This document shows positions 21,351 through 34,280 of a DNA stretch of 64,000 nucleotides, one piece after another. Source of the stretch: Azolla caroliniana. Lineage: Eukaryota; Plantae; Polypodiophyta. The notes below the pieces were generated by a model. That model had not been told where the DNA came from. It saw only the letters and a list, made by a program, of their open reading frames with translations, and did not search any database. Position numbers and translations under genes: made by a program. Numbering within the stretch: position 1 is the first letter of the stretch; every line of letters starts with the position of its first letter. The DNA lies in assembly GCA_043228905.1 (NCBI GenBank), contig JBHGNT010000011.1, positions 5,828,001 to 5,892,000 of the forward strand, in the 5' to 3' direction.

Positions 21351-23649
21351 TGTGCTACTTGAGATATGGGAGAACTTGCTTGCAGTAGTCCTTGGCTAGT
21401 ATGATAATATGCATGATTCCCAAGAGACTGTGAACAAGAGAAGGAAAAAACTTCTTCACTTACGGAAAACGTTGCCCTTGTTTACAATGTCAACTCAAGA
21501 GCCTGAATGGCACTATCGACTTCCATGGACTCTTTCTTGAATATCAACAAATTCCAACACCTTATACAAAGTTCTATATTTGGTCTTAGTATTATTTTAC
21601 ATCATTGTACATAAAAAGTTGTAACCTTCTTGGTAGACAGGTTCAAGTTGTAGCCTTCGGGCGTTTTTTCTTAATACTATTGAAGAAAATCTTATTAAAA
21701 AAATAATTTCAAATACATAGATAGACTCCATGTATGTAGATCATATGAGCATTTTCCATTGCTATCCACTTCATCACTTTTAATAGTGAGGCTAAAAGTA
21801 GGCGATGTAGTGTCGTATATACGCCTTCAATATCGGCAAAAATCATGATTTCCATTTGCACTTAGCACCTTTCTCTTGAAAGGCTTAATATAAAATGTGT
21901 TATATCAACAGTATTACTAAGGAATGGGCAAATGGAAACGTTCAACAGTTGATTTGGGCTAATAATATTTGGATGTTGCTTTAACTATCTAAGTGAAACA
22001 AAAGTCGCACCTTCTAATGAGACAATATTGGTGCAAACTATCTTAATTACTCAAGATACATATGAAAAATTCCAATTTTCATATATTTAATCAAGCATAA
22101 ATCTAGGTACGTACTATTGAGGAGAATTTGGAAGTCATGAAACAATAATATGAGAATCATTGGTATCATTATTACTATGTATTATGTTTTATTGTTTTGC
22201 ATGGGCACTGTACAATGTCACTTGTATATGGACAAACATGTAACCAACCCTTGAGCATTTGCACCTCCATAGTTCTCACATTTAAAAGCCTTATGCAAAA
22301 TAAAGAGGTGTTTTTTTAGGTATTGAACACCTGTATAACCAACCCTCACCATTTGTTTCTTAAAAAACACATAGTTTTCACTTTTGAAGAGGATTTATGT
22401 GCAAGGAAGATGGAGAGATCACTTGCATGAGAAGGAGGAGCAAATATAAGAAGTGCATGCTAGGCCAAAATTCATATATGTTTAGATGTATGCTCCAATC
22501 ATGGGCATCAAAAGGAGAAGGTATGAAAAGAGCACGAGATTCTCCACTACCACTTACAAATCTTCAGATGTATGCTACAATTTGGTTAGGTGATGAAATC
22601 AAAGATAAAGTTTTCATGATGACTCCAAAGGTTCAAAGTATTCAAGCTAGAGGATGCACTCACAAAGAGAAGTTTTGAGTATGTATTTAGGGTTATATTT
22701 CAATTTTGGGATCAAGTTGACAAATTTAGAGGATTCCCCTAAGTTGATGGTTCATCTATGATATGAGTCTCCAAAGTGTTGAAAGAACATCGTCATGACC
22801 ATGAGGTGAGTGGATGTGAGTTTCATGACCCTCTCGAGATCCTAAAACTATGGTAAAGAGATAACACAAACCATGCTTTTTGTTTCTATTCATTCAAATG
22901 ATCATTGATGCCAATTTCATTTTCCTATTCACATGAAATTAATAATTGATGGTATTTATAACGATGGCTATTGTGCAACAAACTCTATTAGAATTATTAA
23001 ATAGTCAAAACAAAAGTTAAACTTTGTGTGTGTGTGTGTGTCTTAAACACACATATTCCCTTTTCTGGGGAAATTATTCATACCTTGGAAGTCCACGCCA
23101 CAAATTGTGAGGACAATACATATCCATGCACAAGAAGGAGATGCGTACCTTTTCCAAACCTTGGTTAGGCTAGAGACTTGGGAGGGGAACCAAGTGTTGG
23201 CACAATTGGAAATATTTTAGGCTCACCTCGCAAAATCTAAGGTCAAACCTCACTTAGATTCATGAATCCATTACCAATTTTGACACTCCAAGAACTCTTA
23301 TCAAATGGTTCAACTCATTAACAAAAAACTTAACAATATGATATGACATATTTGTTTCAAAAGTTGGTTGATGTAATGTTGGAAAATATAGGTGATAAGT
23401 AATTGATCAACAACAACCTTCAACCTAGTTGTACGTACACCCTCAAAAGTCATTTTCATAATAGTAAAAATAAAATCTTACAAATATATTTTGTCATAAA
23501 CTCAATAGATTTATACCGACTCAAATGTTTGGCTAAGTACTTCTTTTGCATTATTTGTAGTAGGATCATTGAATTTCTTTATGTTTGATTCATTATCCAT
23601 GCATCAATAGTTCCCTTTTTCTACCTATTTATGAACCAATTTTGATTCA

Positions 23650-24400
23650 ATGCCATTTATTTGTTAGGAAATAATGTAGAACTATTGTGAAAGATAGACA
23701 TTGAATGTCTTTTAGCATTGTATTTAGTAATGGTGGGAAAGCTCAAAATGAAATGAGAAACACATTAAGACAAATCATATCTACTTGTTATTAGAAGCAT
23801 TACAGTAATAGGGCATAAAAAGGCCCACCCAAATATCATAGAAGACATAATAAATGTAGAGGGATCTGAGGGAAAATGTAAAAAGCTGATATATTGATAA
23901 GATGTTGATACCCTAAAAATTGATCATGCCACAATACCAGTTAGCGCAAGTATCTTTTCAAACTACTTTGAAGAGAGCCAACTCTGTAATGGGAACTTAA
24001 AATAAAAAGATCAAAGTGAACCATTGCTCAATAAACTTTTCATTTGAATAATTTTGATGACTTTTTTTATTTGTGTATGTCCAAGATTCCTAAACTCTCA
24101 ACCATTTCATTTTCACTTGAAGTGTATGTATATAATTTCTTTGAAAACTCTACGTTGTAATTACAAGGAGACTATGTCAAATTTCTTTGCAAGAGAAAAA
24201 TTAAAGTCTCGTCACTTGCAACACCATAATTGCAGGGAAAATGACATGTGTGGGATTATCTTGAAAACCAAGAGATCAGTGGAGCCACTTTGTTTAATAA
24301 CCTAGCTGTATTCTTGACAATAACTTTGATATACCTCTAGAGAGGGGCACAATGACACTCTCTAAGTAAAGTTGATTCCCATATAAGCTTAAACTTTTAA
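23650..24400 (-). mobile_element. Possible highly decayed LINE RT remnant
   Basis: Only faint minus-strand motifs: RYLGGPF (about 23835) and a QGCPLS-like TGTGCCCCTCTC (about 24345), in the expected order. Confidence 0.3.
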
Positions 24401-25531
24401 AACATTGGGGTAATGATACTAATGTTGGCAAACTACTTGAGAGTTAGGGTTGATAGATGTAGGAATAACAAATCCAAAATAATATATTGATCTCACTGTG
24501 GATTTGGGTTGAATTTTGTTGTATTCTGTTAACAAATCCAAAATAATACATTGATCCCACTTGTGGATTCAGGTTGAACTTTGTTGTATTCTGTTTGCTA
24601 ACTAATGCGAAGTAGTGGTTTTTTAGAAAAAGAAAAAAACAAATCCAAATTTAGGTGAAAGCAAGATTCACAAAACACTTGGAAATTATCCAGTGGTAGA
24701 GGATAGATAGAGGAAGAGCGAAGGTAGATAACATTAAATAATAGAAATCATTACATAGATATTGAATTGGTGAGCTGTTTTACTCGATTACACCTACTTT
24801 GTTGATTATAGTACACCATGACTTGAAACTTCAAAGGCCTTTCATGTTTAACTTAAGCATTAAGTTAAGGAGTCATATTTATTGGAGAGATTGTCGATCA
24901 CTCGCCCAAACAAGTATAGAAATGGTCTTTTCATGACTATTTCCATTAAATTCTTTGGTATCGATATAAATCTATTGTATAGAAATGAGAATAAAAAGCC
25001 TTGTCACAAGATGTGTAAATTAATGAATCCTTTAGTATCAAAACGAAGTGTCTTTACTCCAGAAAAGATTGAAAGAGAGATGCCTTTAATCCGTAAAAGA
25101 TAAAAAGTAAATGTCTTTAATCGGAGAAAGATAAAAAAAGGTGAGTGTCTTCAATTTGGATAAAATACAAAGCACCAAAAACTAAGGAAGATTTTGTTTC
25201 TGTTTTCTTTTAATTCCATTGACATCCAATCAAGAAGACATTGGTTTATTTGATTCGAATTCGGGAAACCATTCACACCATGCTAAGGATCCAATCGATA
25301 CCTTAGTTAGTTGGATATGAAGACATTGTTGCGTTGATATTGTATACAAGTGAATGAATGAATAAGAGGCTTGCTAGTGCACATCTATAATATATATAAA
25401 AATATATGTTAATATGACATATAAGGCTTCCTAGCAAGGCTTATAAGAAGACTCTAATTAAGAGAGTGAATATTCTCTCACTCAGGCTCAACATGTACAA
25501 GAGCCACAAATATTGGTAAGTGAGGGAATAT

Positions 25532-27070
25532 TCACGAAAGGTTCCTCATGGTGGGAACCGAAACCGGGAACTTGTCGATGAAACTAGTCCAAGGGTTACT
25601 ACTATCTTTAGGCTCGATATATGTGAGGGACCTCCAAACCGCACTATTACACTTGAAACCGGAACCAAAGGCAATTTGCCACAACCTATCCCCTTTCTTC
25701 ACTCTTCCTTTGGCCTCCGTATAAGCGAGTTCATACCACAAGGAGCTACTCGAAGTGTTCCCGAACCGGTATAAGGTCATTCGGGACGGCTCCATGTGCC
25801 ACTCCGACAATTCCAAGTTCTTCTCGAGCTCGTCCAAGACCGCACGGCCACCGGCATGGATGCAGAAGTGCTCGAACGCGAGCTTGAAGTTGGGAATGTA
25901 GGGTTTGATCTTGGCATGCCCCAAGCGGCGAAGCACCAAAGTCGCGAAGAAGAGGATTTGTTCAGAGAGGGGTAGTACGAGAGGCCCGAGTGTGGTTATG
26001 TTGGCCTTTAGGGCATTGCCAGCTATGGCCATGAGCTCCTTGGAGAGGGAGACACCTATGTTCATCTCGTCGTCTTCTTCTTGGAACACGCATCGGAACG
26101 CCTTGTCGTCGGATCCACCCTTGTGGGTTCGGACGGTGTGGACGAGCTCGTATTTAGACACCTTTCTCATGGACCTCTTGTTAGAGAGCAAGATGGCAGC
26201 CCCACCCATTCTAAAGATACAGTTAGAGACCAGCTTGGAGGTGTCATTGCCCCAATACCAATTCAAGGTTATGTTCTCCATGCTAACCACCAACGCATTA
26301 GTGTTGGGGTGTGCGCGGAGCATACGTTTGGCGAGGTCGATCGATATGATCCCGGCACTACAACCCATACCCCCCAAATTGAAACTCTTCACATCCTCCC
26401 TCATGTTATAATGCCTTGCCACGATCGAAGAAAGGGACGGAGTCGGGACGAATAGGCTACAATTGACGATGAGAACTCCGACATCTTGTGGTTTTATTCC
26501 TGTTTTGGAGAAGAGGATGTCGAGCGCCCCGAACATTACACGCTCGGCTTCGAGCCGCGCCTCGGCCATGCAAGGGTTGGGCGGCTCGCTTATCACTGCG
26601 GGCGGCAAATATGTCTCGTCCCCGAGGCCCGATCGCTCGCATATCTTCCGCTGGAGCTCGATACTACGGGCATTGAATGCCCCCGTGGCTCGAGAGTACC
26701 CCAAGAACTCCGCGTTGCTACACATGTCTTGCTTCAATGGCTTGTAGCATGCGAAGTCCACCATGTAGACTGGGCATGGCTTGTATATGAAGTAAATTGT
26801 GGCTAGAAAGGCTAGTAGAGTTGCTAGGGACACGAGTATACCGGTATGGTTGTTGTATAGGGTGAGCGTCTCCGCAACGGATTGTAGCCGTCGGATCGAG
26901 GTTGCGGGATCGAGCGAGGCTGCACGCAAGATCGCCGAAAGCAATGGGATGAATAGGAGGTAGAGGCCATGTTGGATCGCGTGGTGGTAACCTAATTTGA
27001 TATACTTTAGGGTAAGTGTTTGGGCCAATGCATGGTTGTTATGATTAGTATTATTAGGGGGCTCTGCCAT
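25532..27070 (-). CDS. KCS: 3-ketoacyl-CoA synthase (FAE1/KCS very-long-chain fatty acid condensing enzyme), intronless, 512 aa
   Basis: Two N-terminal hydrophobic segments, then [11 protein letters not shown], catalytic [36 protein letters not shown] and [16 protein letters not shown]. First in-frame ATG is at 27070; the ORF-track start at 27145 is a TTG. Confidence 0.97.
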   Translation of the reverse strand: MAEPPNNTNHNNHALAQTLTLKYIKLGYHHAIQHGLYLLFIPLLSAILRAASLDPATSIRRLQSVAETLTLYNNHTGILVSLATLLAFLATIYFIYKPCPVYMVDFACYKPLKQDMCSNAEFLGYSRATGAFNARSIELQRKICERSGLGDETYLPPAVISEPPNPCMAEARLEAERVMFGALDILFSKTGIKPQDVGVLIVNCSLFVPTPSLSSIVARHYNMREDVKSFNLGGMGCSAGIISIDLAKRMLRAHPNTNALVVSMENITLNWYWGNDTSKLVSNCIFRMGGAAILLSNKRSMRKVSKYELVHTVRTHKGGSDDKAFRCVFQEEDDEMNIGVSLSKELMAIAGNALKANITTLGPLVLPLSEQILFFATLVLRRLGHAKIKPYIPNFKLAFEHFCIHAGGRAVLDELEKNLELSEWHMEPSRMTLYRFGNTSSSSLWYELAYTEAKGRVKKGDRLWQIAFGSGFKCNSAVWRSLTYIEPKDSSNPWTSFIDKFPVSVPTMRNLS

Positions 27071-27217
27071 GATGTATACTAATACCAAACAACACACACA
27101 ATCTCTTCTTGCTTGCTTTGTTTTTGTGGAGGACGGTATCAACAAGCAAGCATGACAATGAGAAAGAAGTGTAATTGTGAGGGAGGGGATGGTGTTAAAA
27201 AAAAGAGAAGTTTAGAA

Positions 27218-27228
27218 GGATATAAGGA
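27218..27228 (-). promoter_or_regulatory. Candidate TATA-like element of KCS
   Basis: CCTTATATCC on the minus strand about 150 bp upstream of the ATG, in a pyrimidine-rich context. Confidence 0.3.
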
Positions 27229-27878
27229 ACAAGGACCAAGAAGAGAAAAAAGAAGAAGAGGGAAGATCAATGGTAGGAGAGAGATTAAAGGTGGTGGGGA
27301 CATTTAAGGAGGGGTTAGATCCTCCTCATAAATTGAGCATCAACGAGAAAATGTTGAGTAGAGGCTATAAGTGTGTATAGATAGAATGGATGGATGGATA
27401 GATGGGTAAAATGTGATGAAGAGTTTTGTAGCTAAGTTTAGATTAGCAAGAGGAATTCATGGAAATAACTACATATGTATATATAAAGGGCGTTGGTGGT
27501 TGGCCAACTCCTTTTTCTTCCCAACTGCCTATCATTTATTGAATTACAATGAATTGAATTTTGACAGTCCAATATCATTTCCTTCCTTAGTTTTTGGGTG
27601 GGGTGGGTTCGTATGTCCCTTTCACGTGCGCCTACATGCCTACATACACACACATCTTCCATCATTGCTTGATGACAAAGGGGCTTGAATTCACTTCCGA
27701 GACCTCCTCTCCATCTTGGGTCGGCACACGATCATCAAAGGAAAATGTTCTAATCCATCGAAGTTCCCAATGGGAAAGTGCATCGTGACCAATATCTTCT
27801 CAACACATACCTTTGGCACTTCTACCACTCTAGTTATACTTATTCAACTTTGTTGCTCTCAAATACGAAAGACTCTTT

Positions 27879-28180
27879 TAATATATATATATATATATAT
27901 ATAATCTCGTAATGAGTCTCGTAGCTCGTTTTTGCCTCCTAAAAGACATTAAAGTACGTATATTTCTTTCTCCCTTCCCACTTTGTTAGCCAATTGGGTA
28001 ATGTTATAATTCTCTCTTGCACACTCATTCTCTATGTCACTTTCATACCCTATTTGGGTAATTTGTTTTTGACACAAACATGTCTTGATTTGTGTGTGTC
28101 ATCCTTGCATCGATGGTTATTCTAATCTTCATTACGTGAGCGATTCAATTGTATGGCATGTCCAAAAGGACACACACACA

Positions 28181-28219
<39 letters not shown>

Positions 28220-28567
28220 GAAAACACACAATTACATATTAATCAGTGTGAAAAATACTGCAATGGTACCTCAATTGATTGGTGTCACTTCCGCATGGGT
28301 AGTGGTACATGTTGAATTGCACTCACCAAGCAATACAAACTTTCCACCAATACAACACACAGAATCACTTTGTTTGTCAACCAATTAGTTAATCACTAGT
28401 CTTTTATATTCATAAATCCACATTATCCAATGAGATGCACTCACTTTTTCTTTTCTAATTAAATCCATTGTTCTTTATTTTTTCTAATCAAATTAGGATA
28501 CTTAAAACACAATGCCTTAGGTTTAAGGCTTAATTTTCACACCTTCGTTGAAGAGCCTTACCAATTG

Positions 28568-28601
<34 letters not shown>
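27879..28601. repeat. Microsatellites upstream of KCS: (AT)n, (CA)n(CT)n, (CT)n
   Basis: About 27879-27903, 28170-28216 and 28570-28601. Confidence 0.9.
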
Positions 28602-28605
<4 letters not shown>

Positions 28606-29521
28606 GTAAAAGCACACAACTATATTATTTGTATGTAAAATCCACTTAGTTACTAATGTCAATATATAAGTAGATATGCGGAAGAATGTATGAGGACCTG
28701 TAGCGAGATGAACAAAAAACAACACAGATACATGACAAGAAGAAGAAACAATATAATAGACCCAGATTTCGAGCTTCAATGGAGGTTCTTATTCTCTCTT
28801 TCTCTCCAAGACTCAAGAATATTCATGTTACAATGTTAGGGTTGAGCTTATATACTCAAGCCCTAGATAGAAGACATGTTCACACTAGGATACAAAGTGG
28901 AAGGAGTCGGCCTTTTATACCAACAAAGTCCTCCGTAAAAGGGCTACTCTTTCCTATGTATAAAATTGATTTTGGGGTTATCTCCCCTGTAAACCTAGAT
29001 TACAAGTCTAATCCTTAGTTACAAGTATACATACAAGTTTGTCTACATTCCCGAATCTGTAGAAGTAATGTCGAAATCTAACCTAGTTCGGCTAGTCATC
29101 TAGGTAATATGTTGTCCAGGTCGGCTTGTCTGAGTCAGTCGGATCGATTTGTTCGAATCTTCTTGCGTTTGAATCGGCTCGTTTGTCTGGATCGGCTCAT
29201 GTCCGATTCTGACTCTCAGCCTCAAGTCGATCGTCGGTTATCCGCTCGTCCTTGCTCCTGTGCTCCTCGTTGGATCCTCGATCTGTCTTCAAGTTGTTCA
29301 CCTTTCGATCATCTTTTATCCAAACTTTATGCTCGCTCAGTGTTGCATCTTCAGCCTCTAGGCCTTCCGATTCTTTTGACTTTGCCTTTTCGGCTTGTCT
29401 AATCGGACCGGTCTTCGACTTGCCTTCTGCTCCTCGTTCTGCACTCTTCAGCTCAATCGCTTGTCATAGTCGTCCCATATTTGTCCTTAGTGCTTCAGAG
29501 CATTGTTCTGGGAATGGCTTT

Positions 29522-29560
29522 TGTAAACGTAAGTGTTTGCGGAAGTGTAAAACAGAGAAC

Positions 29561-29594
<34 letters not shown>

Positions 29595-32500
29595 AGAACA
29601 CAATTTCAAAATTATATCAAGACTCTGTACACACACTGTGCTAAGTAGCACTATTTATACAAGTCCTCTTGGGACTGACAGAAGTACCATGTACTTCAAT
29701 GCTCACACGAGCATCTGACACTTACTACGAGACTATAGCTACCTAGTAGTCTATCCTATACTAGGCTTCCGATTGGACTTCCGGTTACAGATTGCACCCG
29801 GCCTCCACTGCTTGCCGGTTCGGTTGCTCACCGTCATACCGATCCGTTTCGCCCGATCCGTCTCGCTTACCGGCTCCGGCTTATTCAGCCGATCCGGCTC
29901 CGGTTGAGCTTGCCGCTCAACACTCCCCCTCAAGCTCAACCTGAGGTGGGGTCGTAGTGTCGACCTCTGTGACAGTCGGTTCTTCCAACCGACTTCTCCT
30001 GGCGTCACTTCGCCTTGCTCGCGCTCCTCGTCCGGTCCGGTCCCGTTTGCCGCGACCCCTTTGGTTCTGCGCGCCTCGACCCTCTCGGTCGGCATGTCTG
30101 CTCAATAGGCCCATCTTAGCACTCACGTTGTTGTGACTCCGGCGCTTGCCGATCCGTCGGTTCTCCCACGATGGCATCGACTTCCGCTGTGTCCGTGTCC
30201 CCTTGGCCTTCAGTCGATCCGACTCATCCGGATCCATCTGTTGATCTGAGTCAGCTGTCTCCGACTCGTTCCAGCTCTTGTCCGAATCGGTACACTCCGA
30301 TTCGACTTCCGGCTTCAGGCCTCTCACCACATCGGACCACTTCCGAGTCTTGGCCTTCTCCATGCTTCCCTCAGCTTCTTCAGCCGGTGAACCGAAATCG
30401 AATTCTTCATTCGACTCCGCATCATGGTCAGTACCGTCGTGATGACCTCCGCACAACATGCACTTCTCTTCCTGAGTGCACAACTCTTCTTCACAGCCGC
30501 TTGCTCCAACCTGTTCGGATGTGTCAACTCCCTTCGTCGACTCGGCTTCCTTCATCTTCTTGTCTCCTCTTCTTCCGACTCTCCTCTTACCGACGGGTTC
30601 AACAGTTTTTTGGCCTTTGCCCGTTTCGGTAGAGACTTTGCCCTTGCTTCTCCCCCTCAAGTGCGGCACGTCGAGATGCTGAATACCAAGCATGTCGGTA
30701 AAGTGCTGCAACTTGTCCAATCCGAGCGGCTTGGTGAAGATGTCGGAAACTTGTCGATCCGTATGAACATACCGTAGGTCAACTTCACCGCTCAGGACCC
30801 GCTCACGCACGAAGTGGTAGTGCACCTCGATGTGCTTTGTGCGAGCATGGAACACAGGGTTCCTGGCGAGCTGCAGGCTGCTCATGTTATCGCAGTAAAT
30901 CGGGATCGGGGTCGGTACCTCGATCCGCAAGTCTCGCAGCAGTCGCCGAAGCCAGATGGCTTCACAAGTGGCAACGGTAGCGGCCTAGTACTCAGCCTCA
31001 GTGCTTGACAAAGCCACTGTGGGCTGCTTCTTGCTGCTCCACGCAACGGTCGCGCTACCTATGGAGAACATGTATCCGGAAGTGGAGCGGCGATCAGACG
31101 CATCGCCGGCCCAGTCAGCATCTGTGTAACCGACAAGCTCTTCGGATATACCTCGCCGGTATAGCAGTCCCCGGTCCTTAGTGCCACTGACATACCGTAA
31201 TATTCGTTGCGCGCACTGAAGGTGCTCCACAGTCGGCTTTTGCATGAACTGACTTACTATGCCGACCGGATAGCTGATGTCGGGTCGGGTGATGGTTAAG
31301 TAGATCAGGCTTCCGACAACCTGTCGGAACCGTTTCTCATTACAGGCTGGTCCGGAGTTGGGACGGAGCTTCTGGTTCCGGTCCAGGGGTGTGGAGACAA
31401 GTCGGCAATCCGTCATGCCGAACTTATACAGCATATTCAACACATAATGTCGTTGTGAGAGCAATATGCCGTCGGGGGTCCGGATCACTTCGATCCCAAG
31501 AAAATAATGAAGGTCCCCCAGGTCCTTCATTTCGAATGCGTCCGACAACTGGGACTTGACGCGGTTGATTTTGGGAAGACCCGGTCCGGTGATGACTAAA
31601 TCATCCACATATAAGAGTATACATACAGGACCGTCAGAGCCTTGCCGGATGAACAACGAAGAGTCCGACTTAGAGACAACAAACCCCAGCTTACGCAACC
31701 GGTGCGTGATCTTCGCGTTCCAAGCTCAGGGGGCTTGCTTCAAGCCATAAAGCGACTTCTTCAGTCGGCATACCGCGGACTTGTTCATCTCCGATTGAAA
31801 TCCGGGGGGTTGAGTCATAAAGACTTCTTCTTCAAGCTTTCCTTGAAGGAAGGCGTTCTTCACATCCATCTAGTGAAGACGCCACCCCCTTGCCGCAGCA
31901 ACCGCCAGTACAACACGAACCGTCGTCATCTTCGCCACAGGAGCGAAGGTCTCGTCGTAGTCGATTCCGTGGGTCTGCGCGTATCCCTTCGCCACTAACC
32001 GGGCTTTGTACCGGTTAACAGAACCGTCGGCGTTGTACTTGACCTTGTACACCCACTTGCATCCGATCGGTTTACAGTGACGGGGAGGATCAACTAGGTC
32101 CCAAGTTTCGTTGGCATCGAGTGCCCGCATTTCTTCGTCCATAGCGGCACGCCAATTTGCGTCCTTTGCCGCTTCTGCGTAGCTCTCCGGCTCACGCACT
32201 TCTGTCAACTTAGTCATGTACGCATAATGATGCGCCATGTATTCATTGTACCCGTACCGCATGACGGGATCCTTCTGGCGGGTTGATCGGCGCAACGCAC
32301 CGTCACCTGATTTGAGGCCCTTCTTGGCCAGTTCGGTCTTCGTTGCCGAAGATCCGCCTTTCTCCTTTCCGGAGTCGGATACGCACCGATCCGACTCATC
32401 GTTGCCGGTTTCGAATTCCGGCATCTTCCTCTTCCCCTTCTCTTTGCGCGTGAACCGTTTCCTCGGTTCCTTGCGCGGGGAGAGCACGGCAGAGTCTCCA

Positions 32501-34231
32501 CCACTTGCCGTCTCTTCATCCGACCGGTCTAACCGACTTAGTCGCTCGTTCGGTCCACTCAACCGTAACGATTCCGGACTCTCATCTTGAGTCCCGGCTT
32601 CATCATCCTCTGCCAGGGCTGATTCAGGCTCACTGGCCTGATCTTCCGGCATTGGGTCGGGATCGGAAGTCGGAGTCGGTACAGAGTACCAGGATGCCGA
32701 TTCATCGAACTCGACATCCCGGCTAACTCAGACTTCCTTCGTCCGGGGGTTATAGCACTTATACCCCTTTTGCTCTTGAGCATAGCCGACTAGGATGCAT
32801 TTTTCCGATTTTGCATCCAGCTTTCTCCGCTTCTGATCCGGCACATGCACATACGCTATGCTGCCGAATATCCGAAGGTGTCTTAAGTTCGGCTTGCGCC
32901 CGAAATACAGCTCATGAGCTGACACCTTGTCACCAATGCGGTTTTGTATGTAGACGGTCGTCTGGACCGCCTCTGCCCAGTAGAACCGGGGCATGCTCTT
33001 CTCCTCCAGCATTGTCCTTGCCGCTTCGACGAGTGTCCGGTTCTTCCTTTCGGCCACACCGTTTTGCTCCGGTGTGTATCTGCAGCTGAACTCTCACCGA
33101 ATTCCCTTCTGCTTCAGATAACTAGTGAATTGGCCGGAAAAATATTCCTTTCCGCCATCCGACCGAAGGCATTTGATCTTCCTCTCCGATTCCCGTTCCA
33201 CCATCTTCTGGAGGCTCCAGAAACAGTCGAAGACTTCGCTCTTCCGCTCAATGAGGTAGATCCAAGTATGTCGAGTATAGTCGTCGATGAAGGAGACGAA
33301 GTATCGGCTCCCGCCAAGGCTTACACTTTGTGCCGGTCCCCACACATCCGAATGGATGAGATCGAGCTTGTTACGGCTCCGGTTCCGTTCGGTGGGGAAT
33401 GGAAGCCGGTGTTGCTTCCCAAGTTGGCAGGCTTCACAAATTTCGGCTCTCTGGCCGTTGAACTTCGGCAAACCGAAAACGACTTGTTTCGTTTGCAGGT
33501 CTTGAAGCCTCCGGTAGTTGATGTGGCCTATCCGCTTGTGCCACAGGTCGATGTCCGACTCGACCTTCTGTCGTTTCGCGAACAGAGCGGTGCCAAAGTC
33601 ATTGGTGTTGAGGATAAACATCCTCCCGTCTCTGCGCCCTTGCGCAATGACTTCGCCCTCATCCTCAATGAAGCACCCGAGGTGTGTAAACCGCACCTGC
33701 ATCCCCTGGTCGACAATCTGACCAACGGACACCAGGTTCTTCGTGATTGTCGGAACGTGTAATACGTTCATCAACTTCCCTTTCTGTCCGACGTGGCTTA
33801 GAGGGACTTCTCCGACTTCCCCCAAGCATCCTTCGGTTTCTTGGCGTCACGGATGTGGCTGAGCAGCTGATCGCCGACACTGGACGCGAAGCAGTACATC
33901 ACCTTGCTTGCCGCCTGTTCCCATACCGGGAAGTCCTTGTGTGCCGAGTCGGGCGCCGCATCATTCGCTCCTTCGACATAACTCCAGTACTCGTGTCCAA
34001 GCAAGTACTGGTGCATCTTGTAAGACTAGGATGCGTAGTTGCTCCTGTCGAGCTTCTCCACCAGGAGCGACGTAGCCATGCCTCTATCCATGTCTTCTAC
34101 TGTGTCTGTTTTCGACCTGTTAGGGTTTTCTTCTCAAGAGTAAATGTCTGCAGCAGAGGTTCTCAACCCTCGCGCTCTGATACCATGTAAACGTAAGTGT
34201 TTGCGGAAGCGTAAAACAGAGAACAACACAT

Positions 34232-34280
<49 letters not shown>

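Noticed and set aside
21400-23600. Short ORFs in AT-rich intergenic DNA
   Set aside because: No recognisable domains, codon bias or splice structure.
27071-27145. N-terminal extension of KCS in the ORF track
   Set aside because: Starts at TTG; the first ATG is at 27070.
29917-30660. env-like gene (Sirevirus-type) after pol in F
   Set aside because: In frame with RNase H, no separating stop, and no transmembrane segment; reported instead as a pol extension.
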